The notes beneath the pieces were generated by a model. It searched no databases, was not told the origin of the DNA, and was given only the letters and a program-made list of their open reading frames with translations. Below, in pieces: positions 35,969 through 44,825 of a stretch of DNA of 64,000 nt (the first letter of the stretch is position 1; each line of letters begins with the position of its first letter). This DNA is from Candidatus Sumerlaeia bacterium. GTDB taxonomy: Bacteria; Sumerlaeota; Sumerlaeia; MVZB01. The position numbers and the translations under genes are program-made. The stretch spans positions 105,003 through 169,002 of the forward strand of contig JBDKRG010000059.1 in assembly GCA_039683515.1 (NCBI GenBank), given 5' to 3'.

Positions 35969-36718
35969 TCGGAACAGCCTGATGGCGTTGCCGCTCAGGA
36001 TCCGCTCCTTGTCCTCGTCGCTGATCCGGGCGCTGCGGACGCGCAGCGGGCCGACCTCGGGGGGCATCTGCAGGACCATGCACGAGCCGTGCAGGATCCG
36101 GCCCGCCCCGACCTCGCGCACGAAGATCTCGAGCTCGCCCAGGCCCATCATGCCGGAGGTTTCGACCCACGCGTTGGGGCAGTTGCGCAGGATGTCGAGC
36201 GTCGACTGCATCTCGAACAGGTAGTTGACGCACGCGACGATGAACTGGGTCCCGGGGTGCTGGGCGATGAACGCCTTGTAGGCCGGCAGCGACGCCGCCC
36301 CGATCCGCTGGGTCGTCCACATGCGGTTGACGAGCATGACCGGGATCCCTTTTTCCCCGCAGTAGTCGGCCATCGCGGCCAGGCCGGGCTCCTCGCTCAG
36401 GACGAAGTTCTGGTGCTGCGGCAGGAGCTTGACGAGCTTGGGTCCGGGCGCGTCGAGCTGTTCCTTGTATTCCAGGCCGTTGGGGTACGGGTTGAACGTC
36501 AGGGCCGGCCAGAGGCGGCCGGGGTGTTTCGCGCAGGCGGCGAGGGCCTCGGCGTTGCCGTCGCGGTCGCTGGTCAGGTAGCCGCGGATCGGGCTGACGA
36601 ACGCCCGCTCGATCCCGGCGATGTCCATCCGGCTGACGAGCCCGTCGGCATCGTTGTGGCGGAGCTGCCAGTAGGGCAGGTTGCCGATGTATGTATTGAC
36701 GTCGATGATCACTGCCAT
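35954..36718 (-). CDS. amidohydrolase-fold (amidohydrolase_2-like) protein lacking the metal-binding signature
   Basis: TIM-barrel amidohydrolase-like layout. However, the N-terminal HxH reads 'IDVNTY' and the strand-8 'GSD' reads 'HGSC'. Its ATG directly abuts the upstream TAA. Confidence 0.55.
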   Translation of the reverse strand: MAVIIDVNTYIGNLPYWQLRHNDADGLVSRMDIAGIERAFVSPIRGYLTSDRDGNAEALAACAKHPGRLWPALTFNPYPNGLEYKEQLDAPGPKLVKLLPQHQNFVLSEEPGLAAMADYCGEKGIPVMLVNRMWTTQRIGAASLPAYKAFIAQHPGTQFIVACVNYLFEMQSTLDILRNCPNAWVETSGMMGLGELEIFVREVGAGRILHGSCMVLQMPPEVGPLRVRSARISDEDKERILSGNAIRLFRLNDE

Positions 36719-37459
36719 TTACCTCCGCAGGCTCAGGAGCCGTTCGATGTTGCCGCCCAGGATGAGCGCCTTGGCCTCGTCGCTGATCTCGGCCCCCCTG
36801 ACCTTCTGGATCTGCAGGATGGGGTCGAGCAGCGGCGTGTCCGAACCGTAGACGATGCGCTCGGGACCGAGCTCCTCGACGGCGGTCTCGATCATCGCGT
36901 TGTCGAACGAGGAGGTCGTGGTGTCGAGGATCAGGCTCGGGAAGGCCTTGGCCGCGGCGATCGAGCGCTGCCAGTCGCCATGGCCCTGCGGGCTGCCGTT
37001 CATGTGCGCGTTGATGAGCATCGCCTCCGGGATGCGGCTCAGGACGTCCTCGCACTCGTAGGCGTTGCAGTGCGACAGGATCGGGATGCGCATCTGGGCG
37101 GCCTTCTCGATGAGCGGGTACATGTAGGGGTCGACCATCAGGTGCGTCGGCGGCGTCGAGTAGATCTTGAGGCCGACGAAGCCGTAGTCGTTCACGTAGC
37201 GCTCCAGCTCGTCGATGACTTTCTTGCCGTAGCGCGGCGAGGAGACGGTGTAATACGGATAAATGCGGTCGGGGTGCTGCCGGTGGAACTTGCGCATCAG
37301 CTCGTTGCCTTCGAACGAGTCGTACAGCAGCGCGGAAAATTCGGTGACCATCATGCGGTCGATGCCGGCCCGGTCGGCGATGGCGACGAGCCCGTCGGCG
37401 TCGATGTCGACATGAAACATCGTGTTGCGTCCGATATGTACATGGGCGTCAAAAATCAT
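36719..37459 (-). CDS. amidohydrolase-family metal-dependent hydrolase
   Basis: 'MIFDAHVHIG' (HxH), 'ILSHCN', 'INAHMNG' and 'IVYGSDTPLLDP' (Asp of strand 8). Confidence 0.75.
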   Translation of the reverse strand: MIFDAHVHIGRNTMFHVDIDADGLVAIADRAGIDRMMVTEFSALLYDSFEGNELMRKFHRQHPDRIYPYYTVSSPRYGKKVIDELERYVNDYGFVGLKIYSTPPTHLMVDPYMYPLIEKAAQMRIPILSHCNAYECEDVLSRIPEAMLINAHMNGSPQGHGDWQRSIAAAKAFPSLILDTTTSSFDNAMIETAVEELGPERIVYGSDTPLLDPILQIQKVRGAEISDEAKALILGGNIERLLSLRR

Positions 37460-37483
37460 GGGCAATCCCCTCCTTCTCACACG

Positions 37484-37538
37484 AACTCGTGCTCGTGCGT
37501 CGTGCTCGTAATCGTCATCGTAATCGTAATCGAACGCG
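37484..37538 (+). repeat. hexamer composite repeat, copy 4
   Basis: aactcgtgctcgtgcgtcgtgctcgtaatcgtcatcgtaatcgtaatcgaacgcg, 25 nt upstream of the amidohydrolase start (opposite strand). Confidence 0.9.
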
Positions 37539-37576
37539 ATTCCAATGATTTTGGGGTGAGGGCGAAACAAGGCGGA

Positions 37577-37630
37577 TGGGGTGGATCGATTTTCGATTAC
37601 GATTACGAGCACGAGCACGAGCACGACGCA
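37577..37630 (-). repeat. hexamer composite repeat, copy 5 (inverted relative to copy 4)
   Basis: cgattttcgattacgattacgagcacgagcacgagcacgacgcacgagcacgaa is the reverse complement of the family consensus. Confidence 0.9.
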
Positions 37631-37664
37631 CGAGCACGAAAAAAGGCCCACGCTTTTCGGCGTG
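37628..37664 (-). terminator. rho-independent (bidirectional) terminator after the 37690..40488 gene
   Basis: AAAAAAGGCCCACGC-ttttcg-GCGTGGGCCTTTTT. Confidence 0.85.
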
Positions 37665-37689
37665 GGCCTTTTTCATCCAAGGGGTGCGA

Positions 37690-40488
37690 TTAGTATTGTG
37701 TGATCTTGGCGGTCTCGCGCAGCTTGTCCATCCAGTCCTCCAGGTTCGGGAAGATCGGATACTGGTGGCCGGCCACCCAATCCGAGCGGATGCTGTAGGT
37801 GAACTTCTGGCCGACCTGGTAATTCATGATGGCATAGGTCTCGCCCGGCAGTTGCTCCAGCCGATTGAAACGCGCCACCGGGTAAACGACGCCGATGCCG
37901 ATCCAGCCGATGCTCCCGTCCTGGAAGCCGCGGTAGCCCATCACGCCGGCCGTCTCGTCGATGGCGAACGTCGAGCTGGTGATCTTGCGGAGGCCGATGC
38001 CGACCTCGACCTTGTCGCCCTTCTTGCCGCCCTTGATCTGGACCTCGATCGGCGAGTCGGGCCGGCCGGCCAGCGCCGTCGGGCGGAAGATCACGGTGTA
38101 GGGATTGTCCGCCGGGCCGACATTGGTCACGACGCACTCCAGCGTGACCTTGGTCTTCGTGTACTCGATCGGCTCGATCTTGCCGTCCTTGCCCTTGTGC
38201 CACGTGAAGATGGGGTTCATCTTCGGGGCTTCGGGGACGTCCGGCTTGTAGACCGGGTAGTTCTTCCCGTTGATCCACAGCATCAGGCCGCCGCACCCGC
38301 AGGTGTTGCCGATGTGCAGGCAGTCCATCCCCCAGTTCTGCTGTTCGTGGTAGCTGCCGCCGCCGCCGCGATTGGGGCTGGTGATGATGGGGTACAAGAG
38401 GACCGGGCGGGTCTTGCCGAAGCAATCCCAATGGCCGTAATACATGCGGTAGCCCGTCTCCCCGTTCAGGGATTCCCAGCCGACGTTGGGCGGGAGCCAC
38501 GTGTCGTCCCACGCCACCGCCTGGACCTGGGGCTCCTTCTGCAGTTGGGCGCGCCACTTGGCGTAGGCCTTGGGCGCGGGGGCGGCAAAGAGGCCGGCGA
38601 ATTTCTGAACCGGGTTGCAGTATTGCTTGCGGATGAGCCGCGTCATCGCATCGGTGTCGCCCGTGACGCGGGCGGCGACGAGCTTCTCGACGAACGCGGT
38701 CTTGTTGGCGGCGTTGGCCTGCTCCTGGAGGGCGCACAGGCGGCGGTCGGCGGCAAGCCGCATGAAGAACATCATCGATTCGTCGCGGGCGAGCAGCTTC
38801 CTGGACAGCGTCTCGGTCGTGATCGGGCTGAGGAACTTGGCCTCGATGAAGCTCCAGACCTCGTCCTTGCCCGAGCCCGGCTTGATGTTGTTCAGGGCCG
38901 TGGCCAGCGCCTGGTTGAGCGCGTAGAGGCGGGCGGGCTCGTCGTTGACGACCGGCCCGAACGCGCCGTTGACTTCCTGGAAGTTCCACTTGACCGGCTT
39001 GACGCCGCCCTCGTCGAGCTTCCAGTAATCCTCGGTCTCGCCGTCGCCGTTGACGTCGATCTGGACGCGGTCGACGATGCCGTTGGAGTCGGTGTCGAAC
39101 CACTCGTAGCGCATGTCGTTCTTGCCGTCGAAGTTGTAGTCGACGTCCATCCACGCCGTGCTCTGGTCCTTGAGGTGGATGCGCTTGTCGGCGGGGCTGA
39201 AGTAGTATTCAAACGGGCCCTTGGGGGCGTTGATGTATTCGAAGCGGCGGTTGACGGGGCCGCTCGAGGGGCCGCCCACGGCCGGGAAAATGACCTGGCC
39301 GTCGCGTCCCTTGTAGGCCTCGTTCAGGACGCCTTCCCAGCGCTCGCCGGCGGCCTTCTGGACCGCGGGCACGGGGGCGACGTTGTTGCCGTCCTCGACC
39401 CACGTCAGCATCGCGGCCGGGTACGTGACCGAGCCGAGCCATTCGGCGGCGCGGTCGCGGTCGAGCATGATGCCGACCGGCCTGCCCTGGACGGTCCACT
39501 CGGGCCGGGCGTATTCCTGCGGGATGCGCAGCGTGAACGCCGGGCCGGTGCGGCTCGGGTCGACCTTCTGGGTCCAGCCCGGGCCCTCGGCCGAGATCGA
39601 GACGTCGTAGGCGCGCGGGTTATCCTTCGTCCCGGCGTTGGCCGCGTCGAAGCTCCAGCGCAGCGAGCGGACGAGGCCGTCGTCGGCGACCAGGCGGATG
39701 ACTTCCTCGGTCACGCCGTCGCCGTCGCGGTCGTAGAACTCGAACGGGTTCTCGAAGAACGCCGTCCAGCGCGGCTCGCCCGGCTTGATGCGCAACTCGA
39801 CGAACCCCTCGTTGCCGTTGAAGTGTGTGCGCGTCTGGCAGCGGTTCTGGTCGTAGGCATAGTTGACGTCGTACCACAGCAGGTGGTCCTTGCCGACTTC
39901 CTTCTCGGTCGCGCCGTAGTTCTGGGAGTACCAGCAGAGCACCATCCCGCCGTTGTAGGCGGAGCCGGTATACATGCCCATGCGGTCGAGGCCGCCGTCG
40001 CCGTCGACGTCTTCGTAGTCGATCACGGCGTCGAGCATGCCGTCGGCCTTCCAGTCGGCGTAGAACGTGCTGTTGGCCTTGTTGGGCTCGTCGCCCTTCT
40101 TGATCGGGTACTTGGGGACGGCCTTGACGATGATCGGCTTGCGGGCGGCCGAGTGGCGCGAGTCGTTGTCGAGGAACCACACCTCGTCGGGCTGGCCGTC
40201 GTTGTTGGTGTCATAGTAGAAGCGCGGGGCGGGATCCTCGGCCCCCAGCTTTTTGCCCGAGGCCAGGACTTCCGAGACCTTGGCCGGATCGAGCTTGGCC
40301 TTGTCGCCGAAAACATACTCCAGAGCGGCCTGTTTGTCGGCGGGGTTTGGCGCCTGGCGGGCCGGAGCCTTCTTGCCGGCCGCGGCGGCCCCGCGCTGCC
40401 CGTTGCGGCCGGGCCGCTGGGCCTGGACCTCGACCGCCATCGCGAACACAACCACCAGTGCGATTGACAACATCAATCGACTCTTCAT
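37690..40488 (-). CDS. large secreted protein, paralog 1 (Ca-binding-loop repeats; C-terminal DUF4861-like region)
   Basis: The start at 'MKSRLMLSIALVVVFAMAVEVQA' has SD AAGGGAGAG. There are multiple D-x-[DN]-x-DG loops ('DTNNDGQPDE','DVDGDGGLD','DRDGDGVTEE','DVNGDGETED'). The C-terminal 'GWESLNGETGYRMYYGHWDCFGK...NTCGCGGLMLWING' is reminiscent of DUF4861. Confidence 0.6.
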   Translation of the reverse strand: MKSRLMLSIALVVVFAMAVEVQAQRPGRNGQRGAAAAGKKAPARQAPNPADKQAALEYVFGDKAKLDPAKVSEVLASGKKLGAEDPAPRFYYDTNNDGQPDEVWFLDNDSRHSAARKPIIVKAVPKYPIKKGDEPNKANSTFYADWKADGMLDAVIDYEDVDGDGGLDRMGMYTGSAYNGGMVLCWYSQNYGATEKEVGKDHLLWYDVNYAYDQNRCQTRTHFNGNEGFVELRIKPGEPRWTAFFENPFEFYDRDGDGVTEEVIRLVADDGLVRSLRWSFDAANAGTKDNPRAYDVSISAEGPGWTQKVDPSRTGPAFTLRIPQEYARPEWTVQGRPVGIMLDRDRAAEWLGSVTYPAAMLTWVEDGNNVAPVPAVQKAAGERWEGVLNEAYKGRDGQVIFPAVGGPSSGPVNRRFEYINAPKGPFEYYFSPADKRIHLKDQSTAWMDVDYNFDGKNDMRYEWFDTDSNGIVDRVQIDVNGDGETEDYWKLDEGGVKPVKWNFQEVNGAFGPVVNDEPARLYALNQALATALNNIKPGSGKDEVWSFIEAKFLSPITTETLSRKLLARDESMMFFMRLAADRRLCALQEQANAANKTAFVEKLVAARVTGDTDAMTRLIRKQYCNPVQKFAGLFAAPAPKAYAKWRAQLQKEPQVQAVAWDDTWLPPNVGWESLNGETGYRMYYGHWDCFGKTRPVLLYPIITSPNRGGGGSYHEQQNWGMDCLHIGNTCGCGGLMLWINGKNYPVYKPDVPEAPKMNPIFTWHKGKDGKIEPIEYTKTKVTLECVVTNVGPADNPYTVIFRPTALAGRPDSPIEVQIKGGKKGDKVEVGIGLRKITSSTFAIDETAGVMGYRGFQDGSIGWIGIGVVYPVARFNRLEQLPGETYAIMNYQVGQKFTYSIRSDWVAGHQYPIFPNLEDWMDKLRETAKITQY

Positions 40489-40677
40489 CTGACTCTCCCT
40501 TCGATGAAAATATAGTCCGAGGCGCGTCACGGCCGATCCGGCCGCGCAGAGTAACCGTTCATTCAATCAAATACCATTCATCACTCATCAGTCAGGCAAT
40601 GTCAATAAAACTAGTGTCGCGTCAAATGTCATCTGTTGGATTTGTTTTTGAACCGCGAAGCGGTTCGACGTTCAAAG

Positions 40678-40716
40678 CCGTGGGTTGAATCGCCGCTGTT
40701 GCGATTCAACCCACGG
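40678..40716. other. perfect 16-bp stem hairpin
   Basis: CCGTGGGTTGAATCGC-cgctgtt-GCGATTCAACCCACGG, 19 nt beyond the stop of the 40735..43410 gene. There is no U-tract, so it is not a classical terminator. Confidence 0.8.
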
Positions 40717-40734
40717 AACGCGCTCAGTCCTGTT

Positions 40735-43410
40735 TCAATAGTTCGCCAGCTTGGCCGTCCGGCGCAGCTGGTTCATCCAGTCCTCCGGCGACGGCGCGAC
40801 CGGGAACCGGTGGCCGCGGACCCAGTCCGACTGGATGCTGTAGGTGAACGTCTCGCCGACCTTGTATTTCAGCACGGCGAAGTGCTGGAACGGCATCGTC
40901 TCGACGCGCAGGAACCGGTCGGCCGGGAAAACCACGCCGAAGCCGGCCCAGCCGATCGACGGGTCCTGCCAGCCGCGGACGCCCATGACGCCGGCCTGGC
41001 CGTCGATCATGAACGTCTCGCTCCCCATCGGCCGCCCCTGGGACTGGAAGCCCAGGCCGACGCCGACCTCGAGCTTGTCGCCCGGGTCGCCGCCGGTGAT
41101 CGTGACCTCGATTGGGGAGTCGGCGCGGCCGGCCAGCGCGCTCATCCGGAACCGAACCGTGTACGGCGTGGTTCCGGTCGTGCCGACGTTGGTCGCCACG
41201 CACTCGAGCGTGACCTTGTCGCGCGTCGAAACGACCGGGCCCGCCGTCCACGTGAACTCGGGCCCCGCCTTGCCGATCTTGTAAACCGGGCAGGGCGTGC
41301 CGTTGACCCACAGCATGAGGCCGCCGAGGCCGCACGTCTGGCCGCCGTGCAGGATGTCCATCCCCCACGACGTGTTGTTGCGGATCATGGCTTCCTTGTC
41401 GGCGTTGAGGATCGGGTAGCACAGCACGTCGCGGCTCTTGCCGAACGTGTCGAAGTGGCCGTCATACATCCGGAACGCCCCCTGCAGCGACTCCCAGCCG
41501 TAGTTGGGCGGCAGCCACTGGTTGTCCCAGCCGACGAGTGGGCCCTGGGGCCTGGCGCGCAGCGCGCCGATCCAGTCGGCGTAGGTCTGCGGCGGGGCTG
41601 AGACCTTGAACGCCTTGCGGACAAGCCTCGTCATCGCGTCGATGTCCCCCCGGCTCCTGGCCGCCTCGAACCTGCCCAGGAACTTCGCGTCGCCCGCGGC
41701 CTGCGCCTTGAGCGCGCACAGCGCCTGGTCGGCCGAAAGCCGCAGGTAGAACAGGATCGACTCGTCGCTCGACAAAAGCTTCTGCTGGAGCGCCTCGGTC
41801 GTAGTCGCGCACCGGAACCGGTTGTTGAGGAGCGTCCATGCCGCGTTCCACGGCGTGTTGGGCCGGTTCTTCTCGATCGCCCGCAGGAGCGCGCAGTTGA
41901 GGGCATAAAGCTTGGCGGGTTCCTGTTTTTCGACCGGGCCGGTCGCCTGGTTGATCGCCTCGAACGTCCACGCCACCGGCGCGATCCCCGCCTGGTCGAG
42001 CGGCCACGCGTCGTCGATTTTCCCGTCGCCGTTGACGTCGACCGTCATCTTGTCGACGTAGCCGTTGCGGTCGGCGTCGACGAACTCGTAGAACATGTCG
42101 GTCCGGCCGTCGCGGTCCATGTCGACGTCGATGAACGAGCGGTCGGCGCCCTTGAGATGCAGGCGCTTGTCGGCGGGCAGGAAGTAGTATTCGAGCGGGC
42201 CCTTCGGGGCCGCCAGGTATTCGTTGCGCTTGTTGAACCGGCTGCACGGCGGCCCGCCGACCTGCGGGAAGACGACCTTGCCGTCTTCCGAATACGCGTG
42301 GTTGAGGATCCCCTCCCAGCGCTCGCCGAGACCGGTGTCGCGCGGGGTGACGTTGTCGTCGTCCTCGTCCCACGTCATGAGGGCCGCCGCCCACGTGACC
42401 GGCATGAGCCAGCCCACGCACTTGCCGGGGTCCATCATGAGGTTCGTCTTGAAGCCGCGGACCGTCTCGGTCTTGCAGACGTCCTCGCCGTAGCGGAGCG
42501 TCAGGCTGCTGCGGTCGCCCTGCGCGAGCGTCCAGCCCGGGGCGCGCGCCGAAATGGAGACGTCGTAGTCGCGCGGCGAGTCGGCCGCGCCGTCGCCGTC
42601 GGCGTCGAAGCTCCAGCGCAGCGAGGCGACGAGGCCGCCTTCGCTCACGACGCGGACGACTTCCTCGGTCACGCCGTCGCCGTCGCGGTCGAAGAACAGG
42701 AACGGGTTTTCGTAGCGGCAGGTCCAGCGGTCCTCGCCCGGGCGGATGCGCAGGGCGTAGAACGATTCGCTCCCGCCGAAGTGGGTGCGGTACTGGCATT
42801 CCGTCTGGCTGTAGCGGTAGTCGATGTCGTGCCAGAGGAGGTTGTCGTCGCCGTCGTCGCGCGACCACCAGCAGTCGACGCTCTCCTTGCGGGCGGTGAA
42901 GATGCCCATGCGGTCCAGGTCGCCGTCGCCGTCGGTGTCCTCGTAATCGACGACCGAGTCGACGAGGCCGTCGGCATGGCAGTCGGCCACGAACGTCGCG
43001 TTGGCGCGGCCGACTTCGTCCCCTTCCTTCAGCTTGCCGGTCTTGTCGATGGCGCGGACGAGGAGCGGCCGGTTGCCGGGCATCGCGCCCGGGTCGATGA
43101 ACCAGGCCTCCTCCGGCTTGCCGTCGTTGTTGGTGTCGGCATAGAAACGCTGGCCGGGCCGGGCGGCCCTGACCTTGGCGATCATCGCCGGGTCGAGCTT
43201 GACCTCGCCGCCGAACACGTACTCGAAGTTGGCCTGCCGGGCCTCCGCCAGCGCCTTCTGTTCGGGCGTCATGACGAACGGCGGATAGACCGGCGCCGCG
43301 TCCGCGCGCCGGCCCCGGCGCGCCGGCTGGGGCTCGTCGCCTTCCTGCGCGTGGACGGCAACCGCGCTGAAAAACAAAAACAGAGCAGCCAGGATCAATC
43401 GACTCTTCAT
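40735..43410 (-). CDS. large secreted protein, paralog 2
   Basis: The start at 'MKSRLILAALFLFFSAVAVHA' has SD GGGAG. It is colinear with paralog 1: 'ENPFLFFDRDGDGVTEEVVRVV', 'LRWSFDA', 'YDVSISA', 'PKGPLEYYFLPADKRLHLK', 'WGMDILHGGQTCGLGGLMLWVNG', 'FTYSIQSDWV'. The N-terminal 440 aa of the 1335-aa ORF in the track is spurious. Confidence 0.6.
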   Translation of the reverse strand: MKSRLILAALFLFFSAVAVHAQEGDEPQPARRGRRADAAPVYPPFVMTPEQKALAEARQANFEYVFGGEVKLDPAMIAKVRAARPGQRFYADTNNDGKPEEAWFIDPGAMPGNRPLLVRAIDKTGKLKEGDEVGRANATFVADCHADGLVDSVVDYEDTDGDGDLDRMGIFTARKESVDCWWSRDDGDDNLLWHDIDYRYSQTECQYRTHFGGSESFYALRIRPGEDRWTCRYENPFLFFDRDGDGVTEEVVRVVSEGGLVASLRWSFDADGDGAADSPRDYDVSISARAPGWTLAQGDRSSLTLRYGEDVCKTETVRGFKTNLMMDPGKCVGWLMPVTWAAALMTWDEDDDNVTPRDTGLGERWEGILNHAYSEDGKVVFPQVGGPPCSRFNKRNEYLAAPKGPLEYYFLPADKRLHLKGADRSFIDVDMDRDGRTDMFYEFVDADRNGYVDKMTVDVNGDGKIDDAWPLDQAGIAPVAWTFEAINQATGPVEKQEPAKLYALNCALLRAIEKNRPNTPWNAAWTLLNNRFRCATTTEALQQKLLSSDESILFYLRLSADQALCALKAQAAGDAKFLGRFEAARSRGDIDAMTRLVRKAFKVSAPPQTYADWIGALRARPQGPLVGWDNQWLPPNYGWESLQGAFRMYDGHFDTFGKSRDVLCYPILNADKEAMIRNNTSWGMDILHGGQTCGLGGLMLWVNGTPCPVYKIGKAGPEFTWTAGPVVSTRDKVTLECVATNVGTTGTTPYTVRFRMSALAGRADSPIEVTITGGDPGDKLEVGVGLGFQSQGRPMGSETFMIDGQAGVMGVRGWQDPSIGWAGFGVVFPADRFLRVETMPFQHFAVLKYKVGETFTYSIQSDWVRGHRFPVAPSPEDWMNQLRRTAKLANY

Positions 43411-43448
43411 CGTTTTCTCCCTCGGGTAGGTATATTCCTCTGGTGATT

Positions 43449-43492
43449 GGATCCTATGAGTCCCATGAGTCCTATAAGTCCTATGGGACTCA
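43449..43492 (+). repeat. nonamer tandem repeat GAGTCCYAT x ~4.5
   Basis: ggatcctat gagtcccat gagtcctat aagtcctat gggactc. Confidence 0.9.
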
Positions 43493-43508
43493 ATGGCGGC
43501 GATGTCTT

Positions 43509-44825
43509 TTACCAGGTCTTGGCCATCGCGGCCATTGCATCGCCGGCGGCTTCGAGCGTCTGCTCGACCTCGCGGTCGCCGTGCGCCGTCGAGACGAACA
43601 TCAACCCGGCCGGCGTCGAGCGGATGCCGCGTTCCTGGAATTCCCGGAACAGGCGCCGCGTCCTCGCCGTGTCGGTCTGCGCGTAGGTGCGCGAATCGAC
43701 GACGGGCGCGGCGTCCGGCGGCAGGAACGACACGTGCATGATCGGGCCCGCCCCGCGGACGGCCAGCGGCAGCTCGAGCTTGCGGCCGATCTCGCGGAAA
43801 CCCTCGCGCAGCCGCTCGGCGACGCCGTGCGCCTGGTTGAGCAGCATGGCGTCGTCGGCGCTGAGCATGTTGAGCGCCGCCTTGACCGCGGCCATCATCA
43901 TCGGCATGGCGTTGTAGGTGCCGGCGTGGACGGTCTTGAGCGCCCCGATCCGGTCCATGTACTCGGCCTTGCCCGCGAACGCGCCGACCGGCATGCCGCC
44001 GGCGATCGCCTTGGCGAACGTGGCGAGGTCGGGGGTCACGCCGTAGTAGCCCTGGCCGCTGGAAAGCGCCAGGCGGAAGCCGGTGATGACCTCGTCGAAG
44101 ATGAGGAGCGAGCCGTGCTTGTCGCAGACCGCGCGCAGGCCGGCGAGGAAACCTTCCTTGGGCGCGACCGCCCCGTTGTTGGCCATCAGCGGCTCGGTGA
44201 TGATCGCGGCGATCTCGCCGCCGTGCTCGGCAAAAACCTGCTCCACGAGCGCCGGGTCGTTCCACGGGATGACGATCAGGTTCTTCGCGTCGTCGGGGTT
44301 CATCCCCTCGCTGCTCGGGATGACGTTCGGGCGCTCGCGCGGGCCGGCCTTGTCGAGCGGGCAGCCGTTGCTCCACGCGATGTTGTCGAACCAGCCGTGG
44401 TAGCCCGACTCGAACCTCAGGATCTTGCGGCGGCCGGTGACGGCGCGCGCCAGCCGGAGCGCGGCGTGGACCGATTCGGAGCCGGACGACGTGAACCGCA
44501 CGCGCTCGGCGCAGGGGGTGAACTGGCAAACCAGCTCGGCGGCCTCGATTTCGACCTCGGTCTGGCCCGAGTAGATCAGCCCCTTGTAGAGCTGCTCGGC
44601 GACCGCCTCGATCACCGGCCGCGGGCTGTGGCCGAGCAGCGCCGGCCCCCGCCCCAGCACGTAGTCGATGAATTCGTTGCCGTCGGCGTCCCACACGCGC
44701 GCCCCTTCGCCGCGCGCGTAGAACATCGGGTGCGGGTCCCACATGGCCCGCACGTTGCTGTTGATCCCGCCGGGGATCACGCGCCGGGCCCGTTCGAACA
44801 GCCGTGCCGATTCATCGAATCTCAT
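43509..44825 (-). CDS. class III (GSA-aminomutase-like) PLP aminotransferase
   Basis: The start at 'MRFDES' has SD GGAGGAG. 'IPGGINSNVR', 'GEGARVWDADGNEFIDY', 'SSGSESVHAALRLAR', 'FESGYHGW', 'LIFDEVITGFR'. It is not clearly HemL itself. Confidence 0.75.
   Translation of the reverse strand: MRFDESARLFERARRVIPGGINSNVRAMWDPHPMFYARGEGARVWDADGNEFIDYVLGRGPALLGHSPRPVIEAVAEQLYKGLIYSGQTEVEIEAAELVCQFTPCAERVRFTSSGSESVHAALRLARAVTGRRKILRFESGYHGWFDNIAWSNGCPLDKAGPRERPNVIPSSEGMNPDDAKNLIVIPWNDPALVEQVFAEHGGEIAAIITEPLMANNGAVAPKEGFLAGLRAVCDKHGSLLIFDEVITGFRLALSSGQGYYGVTPDLATFAKAIAGGMPVGAFAGKAEYMDRIGALKTVHAGTYNAMPMMMAAVKAALNMLSADDAMLLNQAHGVAERLREGFREIGRKLELPLAVRGAGPIMHVSFLPPDAAPVVDSRTYAQTDTARTRRLFREFQERGIRSTPAGLMFVSTAHGDREVEQTLEAAGDAMAAMAKTW

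Noticed and set aside
40735-44742. A 1335-aa ORF suggesting one giant protein.
   Set aside because: The N-terminal ~440 aa is Arg/Pro-rich and overlaps the well-supported aminotransferase in another frame. A signal peptide with a good SD starts at 43410.
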